From Snowella sp. (GTDB lineage: Bacteria; Cyanobacteriota; Cyanobacteriia; Cyanobacteriales; Microcystaceae), in the NCBI GenBank assembly GCA_035285545.1, contig JAYKGY010000022.1, positions 1 through 64,000 of the forward strand: DNA of 64,000 nucleotides, given 5' to 3'. Under the pieces are notes generated by a model that saw nothing but the letters and a program-made list of their open reading frames with translations, searched no databases and was not told where the DNA came from. Positions within the stretch are counted from its first letter, which is position 1. Each line of letters starts with the position of its first letter. The translations under genes and the position numbers were made by a program. Shown here one piece after another: positions 21,044 to 32,812 of the stretch.

Positions 21044-22132
21044 TTAAACAGGCTTGAAAGCAACCCAATATTTACTCACTAAATGCTGAGTTATTTTGAT
21101 TTGTTCAAACCCTGCGATTTCTAGTCGTTTAACCAGATCATCATTAATGTAATGACGAAAATAGGGTTCATGGAATAGGGTACGGAAATTTTCCATGATG
21201 GGTTGAAACTCAGGCGAATCAATGGCTTGGATCGAATCGCAGATCACAAACACTCCCCCTGGTTTGAGGACGCGAAACGCTTCTTCAATGACATTTTGTC
21301 GAGCTTTAGGCGGTAACTCATGGAAGAGGAAAACACTGGTAATGCCTTGAAAATAATTCGATAAATAGGGCAAGGCTTCTGCATTTGCCTGGATTAATTG
21401 GGGCAATTCATCTCCGCTTTGGGACAATAGCTGATTGGCTTTCCTCAAATAAGCAGGGGATAAATCCACGCCAAATAAGGAGGCTTTGGGAAAGGTCGCC
21501 CGTAACATTTTCAGCGATCGCCCCGTTCCACAAGCAATATCTAGGATCTTTAACGCCTGATCAGGTACATCAGCAAAATAGGATAAGCCTTCTTTTACTA
21601 ACTTGAGAATCCGACGACGCATGGCATCAGCCGCCCCATTAAATAAAATCTCCACCTGTAAATCGTAGAGATTAGCCGACATATCACTGAGATAACCATC
21701 GGTTTGATAGTGGAAATTTTGTAAATAATAAGGAGGATAGCCTTCTAAATCAATCTCTTCAGAAAAGGCTTGATATTTCCCCTCAGCTTTGCGTTGCCAA
21801 ATATCTGGCATATTTAACCAGACCAACGGATAATAGCGTAGAAAATCCTGCCACTCTTGGTCAAACAATAAACTGGCGGGATAAACGCCTGCTTCTGCAT
21901 CTTGCCAATCTTCCGCTAACAGATCATTGCGTAACCCTTGTAATTTAGTCATTAATTCAGGGCTTAGAGATTGTGGCTTTTTCGTCTCTTTAGGCATTAC
22001 CCAATCGGTAAGCTGGGTTGCGAGGGTTTTGTGGGCTAAGCCTCCAGCCGCCATGCCATCTTGTAGGGTTTGATAAACAAATTTAACCCAGTCGGTCGGA
22101 ATAAACGTGTCTAGTTCTAGCGGCGATCGCAT
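21044..22132 (-). CDS. Class I SAM-dependent methyltransferase
   Basis: ILDIACGTG, GVDLSPAYL, FLFHELP, YYLQNFHYQTDGYLS. Confidence 0.9.
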   Translation of the reverse strand: MRSPLELDTFIPTDWVKFVYQTLQDGMAAGGLAHKTLATQLTDWVMPKETKKPQSLSPELMTKLQGLRNDLLAEDWQDAEAGVYPASLLFDQEWQDFLRYYPLVWLNMPDIWQRKAEGKYQAFSEEIDLEGYPPYYLQNFHYQTDGYLSDMSANLYDLQVEILFNGAADAMRRRILKLVKEGLSYFADVPDQALKILDIACGTGRSLKMLRATFPKASLFGVDLSPAYLRKANQLLSQSGDELPQLIQANAEALPYLSNYFQGITSVFLFHELPPKARQNVIEEAFRVLKPGGVFVICDSIQAIDSPEFQPIMENFRTLFHEPYFRHYINDDLVKRLEIAGFEQIKITQHLVSKYWVAFKPV

Positions 22133-22218
22133 AATGATTCAGAAAAATTTTATTATTTTTACTATGTAAATTAAACCAAAATTGCTCGAATTCAATACTC
22201 TAGCCTCAAGCACAATCT

Positions 22219-22566
22219 CTATAAACCTTGAGATTTAAGTAAATTGGTTAAATATTGATGTAATTCATCCGCAGTAAAATATTGTTCGTCTTCCATTGGT
22301 TTAACCTTTGCAAACCAAGGTTTTGGTGCGGCGGGCTTAAACACAGTAGTTGTATCATTTGATTTACTTGGATCAAAACTGGGATAAGGTGTTGATTCAC
22401 CACAGGCATACAATAGTTTTGCTTCAACTGCACGCCGACACAAATCTAAAAGTTTTTCTCGAAATCCCAGAGAGGTGCCGTCTCTTCGATAAGGCATAAC
22501 TTGACTACCAGAAGGGGTTGGCGGATACTCTGGAACAGATGACGGATTTCGAGGGACATATTTCAT
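22219..22566 (-). CDS. Hypothetical protein (Pro-rich N-terminus)
   Basis: 115-aa ORF from ATG 22566 (MKYVPRNPSSVPEYPPTP...). It fills otherwise unoccupied DNA. Confidence 0.6.
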   Translation of the reverse strand: MKYVPRNPSSVPEYPPTPSGSQVMPYRRDGTSLGFREKLLDLCRRAVEAKLLYACGESTPYPSFDPSKSNDTTTVFKPAAPKPWFAKVKPMEDEQYFTADELHQYLTNLLKSQGL

Positions 22567-23098
22567 GGCAAAAAATGAAAATGAAGCTAACGATACTACA
22601 GATTCTAACAATTTAGACTTAATTTATGAATACACTCAGGCTATTCTGAAAGCTTTTGACGAAGATACAAGAGCAATTAATGCAAAGTTAGGAACCATCA
22701 TTGCTTTTAATGGTGTTCTTATCAGAATTTCAATGGATTTACCCGATCAATCAGAAAATATTAATGAAATCTCCTGTTATACTTGTTTAATCATTAAAAT
22801 TGCAATTTATCTACTGTTGATAGCTTCAATCTGGATTAGTATTACTGGATTAAAAACTCGTCCTTCCTACTCAGTCGTTAGTCCAGGTGAACTATTAGAT
22901 AATTGGTATGCAGTGGATAGCGAAATATGCAAAATTTTTATTGTCAAAGGATTAAGAGAAACGGTTGAGGGAATTGATCGAGAAAGAGCAGAAAAATCTA
23001 ATCAGCTTAATCAGGCGTTAGTATTATTAGCGATCGCTGTCAGTTTATATGGATTAGGTGCCTTATTTTCGAGTTTGATGAATTTAATCAATCATTAA
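22565..23098 (+). CDS. Hypothetical 3-TM membrane protein
   Basis: GAGG RBS and three hydrophobic helices (GTIIAFNGVLI, LIIKIAIYLLLIASIWISITGL, ALVLLAIAVSLYGLGALF). Confidence 0.75.
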   Translation: MAKNENEANDTTDSNNLDLIYEYTQAILKAFDEDTRAINAKLGTIIAFNGVLIRISMDLPDQSENINEISCYTCLIIKIAIYLLLIASIWISITGLKTRPSYSVVSPGELLDNWYAVDSEICKIFIVKGLRETVEGIDRERAEKSNQLNQALVLLAIAVSLYGLGALFSSLMNLINH

Positions 23099-23215
23099 GT
23101 GTTGGGGCCAGTGACCAAGCTTTACAAACATGAATCGTTGCCCTCATCATTATTCTTTGTTGATAACCACTAAATTTATTTAAAATTTGTCTATTTTAAT
23201 TTTGAGATAAAAGCT

Positions 23216-23989
23216 ATGACCCCCAATTTAGACCGTCCTATTCTCGCTGCTCACAATCTCTGCAAAAACTTTGGTGGACTCAAAGCCGTTAATAATGCTC
23301 AAATTTCAGTCAATTCAGGCAGTATTACGGGGCTTATTGGCCCAAACGGTGCAGGCAAAACGACTTTATTTAATTTACTTTCTAATTTCATTCGTCCTGA
23401 CGCAGGAGAAGTTATTTTTGATGGTAAACCGATTCACACGCTTCAGCCCTACAAAATTGCCCTAGAAGGCTGTATCCGAACTTTTCAAGTGGCTAGAGTT
23501 CTTTCCCGTCTGACGGTATTGGAAAATATGTTGTTGGCAACGCAGCAACAAACAGGTGAAAAATTTTTTAAGCTATGGATCAATCAGGGACAAATTAAAC
23601 AGGAAGAACGGCAAAATCGAGAAAAAGCGTTATCTATCTTAGAATCAGTCGGTTTAATTGCCAAAGCGCAGGATTATGCAGGGGCGTTATCGGGGGGGCA
23701 ACGCAAGCTCTTAGAAATGGCCAGAACCTTAATGACTGACCCCAAGTTGATTTTATTAGATGAACCCGCAGCAGGCGTTAACCCCACCTTAATTGGCCAA
23801 ATTTGTGAACATATCGTCAATTGGAACAAACAAGGCATTTCGTTTTTGATTATTGAACATAATATGGATGTGATTATGTCCCTGTGTCATCATGTTTGGG
23901 TGTTAGCCGAAGGACAAAATCTAGCCGACGGTACGCCAGAAGAAATCCAAAATAATCCCCAGGTTCTGGAAGCCTATTTGGGAGAATAG
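23216..23989 (+). CDS. Branched/neutral amino-acid ABC transporter ATPase (NatA/LivG-like)
   Basis: [38 protein letters not shown]. Confidence 0.9.
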   Translation: MTPNLDRPILAAHNLCKNFGGLKAVNNAQISVNSGSITGLIGPNGAGKTTLFNLLSNFIRPDAGEVIFDGKPIHTLQPYKIALEGCIRTFQVARVLSRLTVLENMLLATQQQTGEKFFKLWINQGQIKQEERQNREKALSILESVGLIAKAQDYAGALSGGQRKLLEMARTLMTDPKLILLDEPAAGVNPTLIGQICEHIVNWNKQGISFLIIEHNMDVIMSLCHHVWVLAEGQNLADGTPEEIQNNPQVLEAYLGE

Positions 23990-24048
23990 CGCAAATCAGC
24001 TATAATGATAGTTTTGGGAAAGTAATCAGTCAGGAGAAACACGCTTAT

Positions 24049-24657
24049 ATGTCCCGTTATAGAGGCCCTCGTCTTCGTATTACCCGACGTTTAGGAGAAT
24101 TACCCGGTTTAACTCGTAAAACTGCGCGTCGTGCCTATGCCCCTGGTCAACATGGGCAAAATCGCAAGAAACGTTCAGAATATGCCATTCGATTAGAAGA
24201 AAAACAAAAACTCCGTTTCAACTATGGTTTATCGGAAACCCAATTGATTCGTTATGTGAAAAAAGCTCGTCGTGCGACAGGTTCTACAGGACAAGCGTTA
24301 CTTGAACTGTTAGAAATGCGTTTAGATAACACTATTTTCCGGTTAGGAATGGCTGGTACGATTCCGGCTGCTCGTCAGTTAGTGAATCACGGTCACATTA
24401 CAGTTAATGGTCGCGTTGTAGATATTCCGAGTTATCAGTGCCGTCCTGGGGATGTTATCGGGGTTAAAGATAGAGACCGTTCTCGTAAGTTGGTACAAGC
24501 TAATATGGAATACCCAGGGTTAGCGAATCTTCCGACTCATCTGGAATTTGATAAAAATACAATGGTGGGTAAGGTAAATAGTGTCATTGACCGAGAATGG
24601 GTTGCGCTGCAAATTAATGAACTGCTGGTAGTTGAGTACTACTCTCGGAAAGCTTAA
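24049..24657 (+). CDS. rpsD: 30S ribosomal protein S4
   Basis: [35 protein letters not shown]. Confidence 0.99.
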   Translation: MSRYRGPRLRITRRLGELPGLTRKTARRAYAPGQHGQNRKKRSEYAIRLEEKQKLRFNYGLSETQLIRYVKKARRATGSTGQALLELLEMRLDNTIFRLGMAGTIPAARQLVNHGHITVNGRVVDIPSYQCRPGDVIGVKDRDRSRKLVQANMEYPGLANLPTHLEFDKNTMVGKVNSVIDREWVALQINELLVVEYYSRKA

Positions 24658-24739
24658 GTTTTGGGATTCGGAATTGGGAAGAGCCGTCAGTTCCCAGTTC
24701 CTGGTTTTCCCAAATTATTTTTAGGATTGAGTTAACCGT

Positions 24740-25339
24740 GTGTCTGTGAGCACTACGCCAAGCATTAAACTGTTGAAAACGGCGACCCAATCAGCTTGGA
24801 TTGAACAAGCGATCGCCAACTTAGATGTGATTTTATTAGACCATTCCCACTGTGAACGAAAGGCAGCAGGAGTGGCATTAAATTTTTTGTTTCGCTATCC
24901 GTCCTATTCGGTTTTAGTCCGCAAATTAACCGCGATCGCGCAAGAAGAATTAGAACATTTTGAACAAGTAAATCAATGGCTAGAACGACGAGGTATTCCT
25001 TTAGGCCCATTGATGCCCTCTCCCTACGGAGCGCAACTGAAAAATCAAGTCCGTCGCCAGGAACCTGAAAATTTATTGGATAGCTTATTAATTGCTGCGT
25101 TGATTGAAGCCCGTTCCCATGAACGATTAGGATTATTAGCCCAACATTGCCCTGAACCCGATTTAGCAAAATTTTATGGCGGGTTAATGGCTTCTGAAGC
25201 TAGGCATTACGGGATTTATTGGGTATTGGCAGACACCTATTTTGAGCGAGAGCAAGTTCAAAATCGCTTGGAAGAGCTGTCAATTTTTGAAAGTGAAATT
25301 TTAAACACCTTATATCCCCACCCCCGTATTCACAGTTAA
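24740..25339 (+). CDS. miaE: tRNA-(ms2io6A37) hydroxylase MiaE family
   Basis: LLDHSHCERKAA, EELEHF, IEARSHER, SEARH and terminal RIHS di-iron motifs. Confidence 0.9.
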   Translation: MSVSTTPSIKLLKTATQSAWIEQAIANLDVILLDHSHCERKAAGVALNFLFRYPSYSVLVRKLTAIAQEELEHFEQVNQWLERRGIPLGPLMPSPYGAQLKNQVRRQEPENLLDSLLIAALIEARSHERLGLLAQHCPEPDLAKFYGGLMASEARHYGIYWVLADTYFEREQVQNRLEELSIFESEILNTLYPHPRIHS

Positions 25340-25400
25340 GTTTTGAAAGCTTTAATATACTAACTATTAAAACAGCATTTATTTTTTGTAACTGCCTACC

Positions 25401-25637
25401 ATGATGACCGTTAATGAAGCTCAACAACAACTCTCCACGCTGATTGATACCGTTAATCAATCCCATCAACCGATTGTTATTGCGGGACAAAATAGTAATG
25501 CTGTTCTGCTATCTGAAACGGATTGGGCATCTATTCAAGAAACTTTATACTTACTTTCTATTCCAGGAATGCGAGAATCTATCCAGAAAGGGCTTCAAAC
25601 CCCCATTGAAGAGTGTGATGAGAAACTAGAATGGTAA
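25401..25637 (+). CDS. yefM: Phd/YefM antitoxin
   Basis: EA...L..LID.V...HQPI.I.....NAVLLSE.DW..IQETLYLLSIPGMRESI. Confidence 0.9.
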   Translation: MMTVNEAQQQLSTLIDTVNQSHQPIVIAGQNSNAVLLSETDWASIQETLYLLSIPGMRESIQKGLQTPIEECDEKLEW

Positions 25638-25897
25638 AATGGAAGCTCGTGTATACTAAGCAAGCGCAAAAAGATGCCAAAAAGCTTAATGCTAGTCATC
25701 TACGAGAAAAAACAGAAAAAATTCTGAATATAATCCAAATTAATCCTTTTCAAAATCCGCCGCCTTACGAAAAGTTAATTGGTGATTTAGAGGGAGCCTA
25801 TTCTCGACGAATTAACAATCAACACCGTTTATTGTATGAAATTATTGAAGCCGAACACAAGATAAAGGTGTTAAGGATGTGGACACACTACGAATAA
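25631..25897 (+). CDS. yoeB: Txe/YoeB toxin
   Basis: PFQNPPPYEKL.GDL.GAYSRRIN.QHRL.Y...KVLRMWTHYE. It overlaps the antitoxin stop. Confidence 0.93.
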   Translation: MVKWKLVYTKQAQKDAKKLNASHLREKTEKILNIIQINPFQNPPPYEKLIGDLEGAYSRRINNQHRLLYEIIEAEHKIKVLRMWTHYE

Positions 25898-26138
25898 ATG
25901 TGATCCAATGATCTAAACCACAAGGATTGAACTAAAGCGAAAAAGATTTGCTCATGATGTAAAGGATCAGTCAGCTACAATTTACAAAAAAATACAGCGA
26001 TCGCATACAATCAGCACTCATCGCATTTATAGTAATTAGAGAAAAAATATAAATCCTGAGATAATCAACATTTAGACCGATACGTCTAAGTATGTAAAGT
26101 GGTACGAAGCATTGGGCTGGGTAAAGGATAAAACAAGA

Positions 26139-27329
26139 ATGAAGATTTTGGTGCTGGCGTGGGAATTTCCCCCCCGTATTGTCGGAGGGCTGGCTCGCCA
26201 TGTGGCGGAATTGTATCCAGAAATTGTCAAATTAGGTCACGAAATTCACTTAATTACGGTCGAATTTGGCACATCTCCTGCCTACGAAATCATAGAAGGC
26301 ATTCATGTCTATCGTGTCCCAGTGCCTTCGGGTAGCGACTTTTTCCATTGGGTCGTGAACATGAATCAAAGCATGGATCAACAAGCTCAACGCCTCATTG
26401 CTCAAAATGGCCGTTTTGATCTCATTCATGCCCATGATTGGTTAGTCGGAGATGCGGCAATTTCCCTCAAACATCATTTTAAAATCCCGTTGATTGCAAC
26501 CATTCATGCCACCGAATATGGACGCTATAACGGACTCTATAACGATACGCACCGCTATATTGCGAGTAAAGAAGCGGCATTAATTGAAAATAGCTGGCGA
26601 GTGATTGTTTGCAGTAACTATATGCGCCACGAACTGCAACGGGCTTTTGGGACATCTTGGGAAAAAATGAGTGTGATTTACAATGGCATTCGCTCGGAAA
26701 AGAAAAAACAAGATCCTGACTTTGATTATTTGCAATTTCGCCGCCGCTACGCCAATGATCAGCAAAAAATCGTCTATTATGTCGGTCGTATGACTTATGA
26801 AAAAGGGGTTTCGGTATTATTGACTGCCGCACCGAGAGTTTTACACGATATGAACCAGGCGGCAAAATTCATCATCATCGGCGGTGGCAATACGGATCGA
26901 CTGAAACAGTTGGCTTGGAATTTGGGAATTTGGGATCAATGCTTTTTTACCGGCTTTATGTCCGATGACGATCTAGATAAATTCCAGACGATCGCCGATT
27001 GTGCGGTTTTTCCGAGTTTATATGAACCCTTTGGCATTGTGGCATTAGAAAGTTTTGCGGCCAAAGTTCCGGTGGTTGTCTCTAATACGGGGGGCTTAGC
27101 CGAAGTGGTGCAACATGGGAAAACAGGTATTGTTACTTATACCAATAATCCGGATTCTTTAGCTTGGGGAATTTTAGAAGTCTTAAAAAATCCTGAGTAT
27201 GCCCAAACCTTAGTCAGCAACGCTTATCAGGACTTAGATCTGCGCTTCCGTTGGCAAATGCTAGCCGAAGAAACTGAAGAGGTTTATGACAAAGTGCTAA
27301 CCGAGCGATCGCAAGTCCAATGGGATTAA
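26139..27329 (+). CDS. Glycosyltransferase family 4
   Basis: MKILVLAWEFPPRIVGG, HAHDWLV, GRM..EKG, PSLYEPFGIVALE. The likely start is ATG 26139. Confidence 0.92.
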   Translation: MKILVLAWEFPPRIVGGLARHVAELYPEIVKLGHEIHLITVEFGTSPAYEIIEGIHVYRVPVPSGSDFFHWVVNMNQSMDQQAQRLIAQNGRFDLIHAHDWLVGDAAISLKHHFKIPLIATIHATEYGRYNGLYNDTHRYIASKEAALIENSWRVIVCSNYMRHELQRAFGTSWEKMSVIYNGIRSEKKKQDPDFDYLQFRRRYANDQQKIVYYVGRMTYEKGVSVLLTAAPRVLHDMNQAAKFIIIGGGNTDRLKQLAWNLGIWDQCFFTGFMSDDDLDKFQTIADCAVFPSLYEPFGIVALESFAAKVPVVVSNTGGLAEVVQHGKTGIVTYTNNPDSLAWGILEVLKNPEYAQTLVSNAYQDLDLRFRWQMLAEETEEVYDKVLTERSQVQWD

Positions 27330-27526
27330 CCAGAAACCATCGAATCAGACCGCACAACACGGCCAGTCATTTTTACTTCTTGGATTCTCGAAAAATATCT
27401 TAACAAAGAATAAAAATGTGTTACAAAGCCATGATATGATTGCTTCTGGCTTCGGTCTTTGCTTCAAAAAACTGGAGATAAAAATACCATAGCCAAAAAA
27501 CTCTGATTTGTCAGTAGCTCAAAAGT

Positions 27527-27979
27527 GTGACCCCGACCCATTCACCGTCTGACTCCCCCCCCGCACCTGAAGTTCCTGAGCCAACAGGCACACCAGCCTC
27601 AGACTCAGCTAATTCAATGCAGGAATTTTATCAACTACAACGTCAGTTGTTATTGCTAACTATTGGGGCAAGCGTCATTATTTTTGGGTGTGTTTGGTGG
27701 GTGTATTCCCTCAAAATTGCCTTAAATTATCTCGTCGGCGCGGGTGTTGGGTTACTCTACTTGCGACTACTCGCCAAAGATGTCGAACGGATAGGCGTTC
27801 AATCAGGTCGTGCAGGGGCGAAAGGGTTAGCCCTATTTGCCAGTTTAATAATTATTGCTAGTCAATGGCGACAATTAGAAATTTTACCTGTCTTCCTGGG
27901 GTTTCTAACCTATAAAGCCGCAATCATCATCTATATGCTACAAAGCGTTTTAACGCCGACCGAGCAGACTAGACCATGA
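27527..27979 (+). CDS. atp1: ATP synthase protein I (Atp1)
   Basis: First gene of the atp operon, with SM.EFY.L...L, YL.GA..G..YLR.LA.DVE and FLGFLTYK. Confidence 0.9.
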   Translation: MTPTHSPSDSPPAPEVPEPTGTPASDSANSMQEFYQLQRQLLLLTIGASVIIFGCVWWVYSLKIALNYLVGAGVGLLYLRLLAKDVERIGVQSGRAGAKGLALFASLIIIASQWRQLEILPVFLGFLTYKAAIIIYMLQSVLTPTEQTRP

Positions 27980-27988
27980 GAGGTAATT

Positions 27989-28099
27989 TAGTGAATAGTA
28001 AATAGGGAATAGTGAATAGGGAAAATCTAAAAAGCTGTTTCAAACCGCCTGAGATTGCCAAAACTAATAACTATCAACTAATAACTATTAACTATTAAC
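27989..28099. repeat. Inverted heptamer tandem-repeat (STRR-like) arrays
   Basis: (TAG-NN-AA)x5 at 27989-28023, then complementary-like (AACTA[A/T][T/C])x5 at 28062-28099. Confidence 0.75.
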
Positions 28100-28136
28100 C
28101 CCCTTGTTCTAACTAAGTAAATCTCACCGAATAACA

Positions 28137-28892
28137 ATGTTAGCTGGTTTGAGTGTTGTAAATTTGTTTCCATTAGCTGCTTTAGAAGTGGGTAAGCAGT
28201 GGTATTGGGAAATTGGAAATCTCAAATTACATGGACAGACCTTTACGACCTCTTGGTTTGTCATTGGTTTGTTAGTAATTGCCTCTTTGGCTGCAACTCG
28301 TAATGTCCAGCGCATTCCCAGTGGTATTCAAAATTTAATGGAATACGTTCTGGAATTTCTGCGGGAACTGGCGAGGAACCAATTAGGTGAAAAAGAGTAT
28401 CGTCCTTGGTTGCCGTTTATTGGCACATTATTTCTATTTATATTTGTGTCCAACTGGTCGGGAGCTTTGATTCCTTGGAAATTAATTCATATCCCTCAAG
28501 GGGCTGAATTAGCTGCTCCTACCAACGATATTAATACCACCGTTTCCCTAGCATTGCTAACTTCTTTAGCCTATTTTTATGCTGGCTTAAGTAAGAAAGG
28601 ATTAGGTTATTTTGCCAACTATGTGCAACCGATTCCTGTCCTCTTACCTATTAAGATTTTAGAAGATTTCACCAAGCCCCTTTCCCTCAGCTTCCGACTT
28701 TTTGGAAACATTCTCGCGGATGAATTGGTAGTTGCTGTATTGGTACTTTTGGTACCTTTATTTGTGCCTCTGCCCCTAATGGCCTTAGGATTATTTACCA
28801 GTGCCATTCAGGCGTTAGTGTTTGCCACCTTAGCGGGAGCCTATATCCATGAGGCGATCGAATCGGAAGGTGAACATGAAGAGCATGATTAG
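28137..28892 (+). CDS. atpB: F0 ATP synthase subunit a (cyanobacterial atpI)
   Basis: [35 protein letters not shown]. Confidence 0.97.
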   Translation: MLAGLSVVNLFPLAALEVGKQWYWEIGNLKLHGQTFTTSWFVIGLLVIASLAATRNVQRIPSGIQNLMEYVLEFLRELARNQLGEKEYRPWLPFIGTLFLFIFVSNWSGALIPWKLIHIPQGAELAAPTNDINTTVSLALLTSLAYFYAGLSKKGLGYFANYVQPIPVLLPIKILEDFTKPLSLSFRLFGNILADELVVAVLVLLVPLFVPLPLMALGLFTSAIQALVFATLAGAYIHEAIESEGEHEEHD

Positions 28893-29045
28893 TTAAGAAT
28901 AGTTGCTCCTGAGTTCATCTTAGGAAACTACCCTTTAATTTTTCAGATTCTTCTCCCCTTAAGGAGTCTATTACCCAGAAGTCAATGGATTTTCTGGCTT
29001 GGAACGCACTCCTGTATACTGTTGAACCCCTACTTAGTAATTTAA

Positions 29046-29306
<261 letters not shown>

Positions 29307-29462
29307 TTTCTAAGCGGTTTGGAGACGTGAGGACAAAGTTAAGAAGCCAAAAGTAATCATTAAAAACTTTTAACTATTAACTTTTAACTTCACTGTCTCT
29401 CTCTTTCCCCCAAGGGTAAGATTCGGTTGATAGAAAACGCCTGAATTAAATTAGTACAAAAA

Positions 29463-29894
29463 ATGTTTGATTTTGATGCCACCCTACCCTTCATGGCATT
29501 GCAATTTATTGTTTTAGCCTTTGTGCTAAATGCCATTTTCTATAAGCCTTTAAATAAGGTTCTCGATGAACGGGCTGATTATATTCGCAATAACGAATCA
29601 GAGGCGAAGGAACGGTTAGCAAAAGCCAAGGCGTTAGCTCAGCAATATGAACAACAAATTGCGGATGCCCGTCGCCAATCCCAGGAAGTTCTCGCTAATG
29701 CTCAGGCTGATGCGAAACGGATAGCGGCAGAACAGCTTGCTGAAGCCCAACGAGAAGCCCAAAAACAAAAAGAAGCGGCGGCCCAAGAGATTGAAGAACA
29801 ACGTCAAGTTGCGCTCCGTTCTCTTGAACAACAGGTTGATACCCTCAGCCGTCAAATCTTAGAAAAATTATTAGGCCCTGAGTTAGTCAAATAA
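29463..29894 (+). CDS. atpF2: F0 ATP synthase subunit b' (cyanobacterial atpG)
   Basis: [14 protein letters not shown]...FYKPL followed by a coiled coil. Confidence 0.95.
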   Translation: MFDFDATLPFMALQFIVLAFVLNAIFYKPLNKVLDERADYIRNNESEAKERLAKAKALAQQYEQQIADARRQSQEVLANAQADAKRIAAEQLAEAQREAQKQKEAAAQEIEEQRQVALRSLEQQVDTLSRQILEKLLGPELVK

Positions 29895-29919
29895 CGCCTT
29901 TATATAGGTCATATTAATT

Positions 29920-30459
29920 ATGCTGAATACCTTGTTGATCCTAGCAACAGAGGCACATGAAGCAGGAGAAGGGGGATTCGGTCTCAATCTAGATTTTCTA
30001 GAAGCGAATCTCTTTAACCTGGCGATTTTGCTAGGGATAGTCATTTACTACGCGCCTAAAACTTTAGGAAAAATCCTAAGTGAACGACGCACCAAAATTG
30101 CTGAGGCCATTCAAGAGGCGGAATCTCGTCAAAAGCAGGCGGCTCAGACTTTAGCAGAAGAAGAGAAAAAATTGGCTCAGGCTCAAGCGGAAGCGGTTCG
30201 TATTCGTCAAACGGCGGAAGAGCGGGCCCAAAATGTGAGGGCTGAAATTGCGGCTCAAGCGGAACAGGATGTGGCTCGTTTGAGAGAAACGGCTGCTAAG
30301 GATTTGGGTGCTGAACAAGACCGCGTGATTGGCGAATTACAACGTCGGATTGCGGCTTTGGCGGTGGAACGGGCTGAATCTGATTTGAAAGGCCGTTTGT
30401 CGAATAGTGATCAAGACACCTTAATTGATCGCAGTATTGCCCAGTTAGGAGGCCGTTGA
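29920..30459 (+). CDS. atpF: F0 ATP synthase subunit b
   Basis: GFGLN.D.LE.NL.NLAI followed by a coiled coil; operon position. Confidence 0.95.
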   Translation: MLNTLLILATEAHEAGEGGFGLNLDFLEANLFNLAILLGIVIYYAPKTLGKILSERRTKIAEAIQEAESRQKQAAQTLAEEEKKLAQAQAEAVRIRQTAEERAQNVRAEIAAQAEQDVARLRETAAKDLGAEQDRVIGELQRRIAALAVERAESDLKGRLSNSDQDTLIDRSIAQLGGR

Positions 30460-31016
30460 TGAAAGGAACTTTATATAGTAGCCAAATTGCTGAACCCTAT
30501 GCTCAGGCGTTGATGTCTTTGGCAGAGTCTCGCAATCTCGTTCAACCTATTGGGGATGCGGTGCGATCGCTGATTGAGATCTTAGAATCTTCGACGGATT
30601 TACAAAATCTCATTGCAAGCCCTGTCATCCAGGACGATCAGAAAAAAGCGGTTTTAAGACAGATTTTAGGATCGGATGCGAATCCCTATCTGCTTAACTT
30701 TTTAATGTTACTCGTTGATAAACGACGGATCGTCTTTTTAGAAGAAATTTGCCAGCAATATTTAGCGTTATTACGTCAGTTAACCAATACGGTTTTAGCT
30801 GAGGTTATTACAGCCCTCAAGCTCACTGATGGTCAACGCGATGCAGTTATTAATAAGGTTAAAGAATTGACAGGAGCAGCTTCTGTCGAACTGAAGGCCA
30901 CGATTGATCCTGACATTATTGGTGGGGTCATTATTAAAGTGGGTTCTCAAGTGTTTGACTCTAGCCTCAAGGGTCAACTGCGACGCATTAGCCTCAGTTT
31001 AGGCAATGTGGCGTAA
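30459..31016 (+). CDS. atpH: F1 ATP synthase subunit delta (cyanobacterial atpD)
   Basis: [34 protein letters not shown]. The ATG overlaps the atpF stop. Confidence 0.95.
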   Translation: MKGTLYSSQIAEPYAQALMSLAESRNLVQPIGDAVRSLIEILESSTDLQNLIASPVIQDDQKKAVLRQILGSDANPYLLNFLMLLVDKRRIVFLEEICQQYLALLRQLTNTVLAEVITALKLTDGQRDAVINKVKELTGAASVELKATIDPDIIGGVIIKVGSQVFDSSLKGQLRRISLSLGNVA

Positions 31017-31156
31017 GGCTGACTATGATCAATGAAGCGTTATTTACTAACGATTTTTTAGCGGTCTGTTTCGCGGATTGCCATTGATCACATCAGGGAC
31101 ACTGATCACAATCGTTTCATTATCACGTTCATTTTAGATTATCCAACGGCACAACT

Positions 31157-32665
31157 ATGGTAAGTATCAGACCAGACGAAATTAGTAATATTATTCGCCA
31201 ACAGATTGAGTCCTATGACCAAGATGTTCAGGTTTCTAATGTGGGAACGGTTCTCCAGGTCGGAGATGGTACGGCTCGGATCTACGGGTTAGAAAAAGCC
31301 ATGTCCCAAGAGTTATTAGAATTTGAAGACGGTACGATTGGGATCGCGCTGAACTTAGAAGAAGATAACGTGGGTGCGGTATTAATCGGTAACGGTTTTG
31401 GTATCCAAGAAGGTAGCACCGTTAAAGCAACGGGTAAAATCGCTCAAATTCCCGTAGGGGATGCAATGCTCGGTCGTGTGGTAGATGCGTTAGCGCGTCC
31501 CATTGATGGTAAAGCCCCCATTGCAGCTTCTGAAACTCGCTTATTAGAATCCCCTGCGCCTGGGATTGTGGCTCGGAAATCTGTTTGTGAACCCATGCAA
31601 ACAGGGATTACCGCCATTGATGCCATGATTCCCGTCGGTCGGGGTCAACGGGAGTTAATTATTGGTGACCGTAAAACGGGTAAAACCGCGATCGCGATCG
31701 ATACCATCATTAACCAAAAAACAGAAGATGTGGTCTGTGTTTATGTGGCGATCGGTCAAAAAGCCTCTACCGTTGCTCAGGTCATTGATACCTTAACGGA
31801 AAAAGGCGCAATGGATTACACCATTGTGGTAGCTGCTAATGCAAACGATCCTGCGACCTTACAATATTTGGCTCCCTACACTGGCGCGGCTTTAGCTGAG
31901 TACTTTATGTACAAAGGCAAGCACACCCTCGTTATTTATGATGATTTGACCAAACAGGCTCAATCCTACCGTCAAATGTCTTTATTAATGCGTCGTCCTC
32001 CTGGTCGGGAAGCCTATCCTGGAGACGTTTTTTACATTCACTCTCGTCTGTTAGAACGGGCGGCTAAATTGAGTGATGCTTTAGGTGGCGGTAGCATGAC
32101 TGCGTTACCTGTTATTGAAACCCAAGCAGGCGACGTTTCTGCCTACATTCCCACCAACGTTATTTCTATCACCGACGGTCAAATCTTCCTTTCTACCGAC
32201 TTGTTTAACGCTGGTTTCCGTCCCGCTATTAACGCAGGGATTTCCGTTAGTCGGGTAGGTTCGGCGGCTCAAACCAAAGCGATGAAGAAAGTAGCAGGTA
32301 AATTGAAATTAGAATTGGCTCAATTTGCTGAATTAGAAGCTTTCTCCCAATTTGCGTCTGACTTAGATGCGTCCACCCAAGCCCAACTCGCACGGGGTCA
32401 GCGTCTGCGCGAAATCCTCAAACAGCCTCAAAATTCTCCTCTCTCCGTTTGGGAACAGGTTGCCATCTCCTATGCTGGTTTAAACGGCTATCTCGATAAG
32501 ATTGCGGTAGAAAAAGTTATCGACTTTGCTTCTGGCTTACGGGAATACTTAAAAGCCAACAAACCCAAATACGTTGAAATTTTGACGAAGGATAAAGCTT
32601 TAACCGACGAAGCGGAAACCTTGCTCAAAGAAGGAATCAACGAATTTACCCAAGCGTTTGCTTAA
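31157..32665 (+). CDS. atpA: F1 ATP synthase subunit alpha
   Basis: [35 protein letters not shown]. Confidence 0.99.
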   Translation: MVSIRPDEISNIIRQQIESYDQDVQVSNVGTVLQVGDGTARIYGLEKAMSQELLEFEDGTIGIALNLEEDNVGAVLIGNGFGIQEGSTVKATGKIAQIPVGDAMLGRVVDALARPIDGKAPIAASETRLLESPAPGIVARKSVCEPMQTGITAIDAMIPVGRGQRELIIGDRKTGKTAIAIDTIINQKTEDVVCVYVAIGQKASTVAQVIDTLTEKGAMDYTIVVAANANDPATLQYLAPYTGAALAEYFMYKGKHTLVIYDDLTKQAQSYRQMSLLMRRPPGREAYPGDVFYIHSRLLERAAKLSDALGGGSMTALPVIETQAGDVSAYIPTNVISITDGQIFLSTDLFNAGFRPAINAGISVSRVGSAAQTKAMKKVAGKLKLELAQFAELEAFSQFASDLDASTQAQLARGQRLREILKQPQNSPLSVWEQVAISYAGLNGYLDKIAVEKVIDFASGLREYLKANKPKYVEILTKDKALTDEAETLLKEGINEFTQAFA

Positions 32666-32666
32666 T

Positions 32667-32805
32667 TAGGGAATAGTTAATAGGGAATAGTTAATAGAGA
32701 AAATTAAATGAACAATCAGCGAATTTGCTTTGACAAATCATTGTTTTCCTCAAATAACTAATCCCTAACTATTAATTATCAATTATTAACTATCAACTAT
32801 TAATT
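32667..32805. repeat. Inverted heptamer tandem-repeat (STRR-like) arrays
   Basis: TAGGGAA/TAGTTAA alternating x5 at 32667-32701, and AACTATT/AATTATC-type heptamers at about 32755-32805. Confidence 0.75.
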
Positions 32806-32812
32806 AAAAAAT

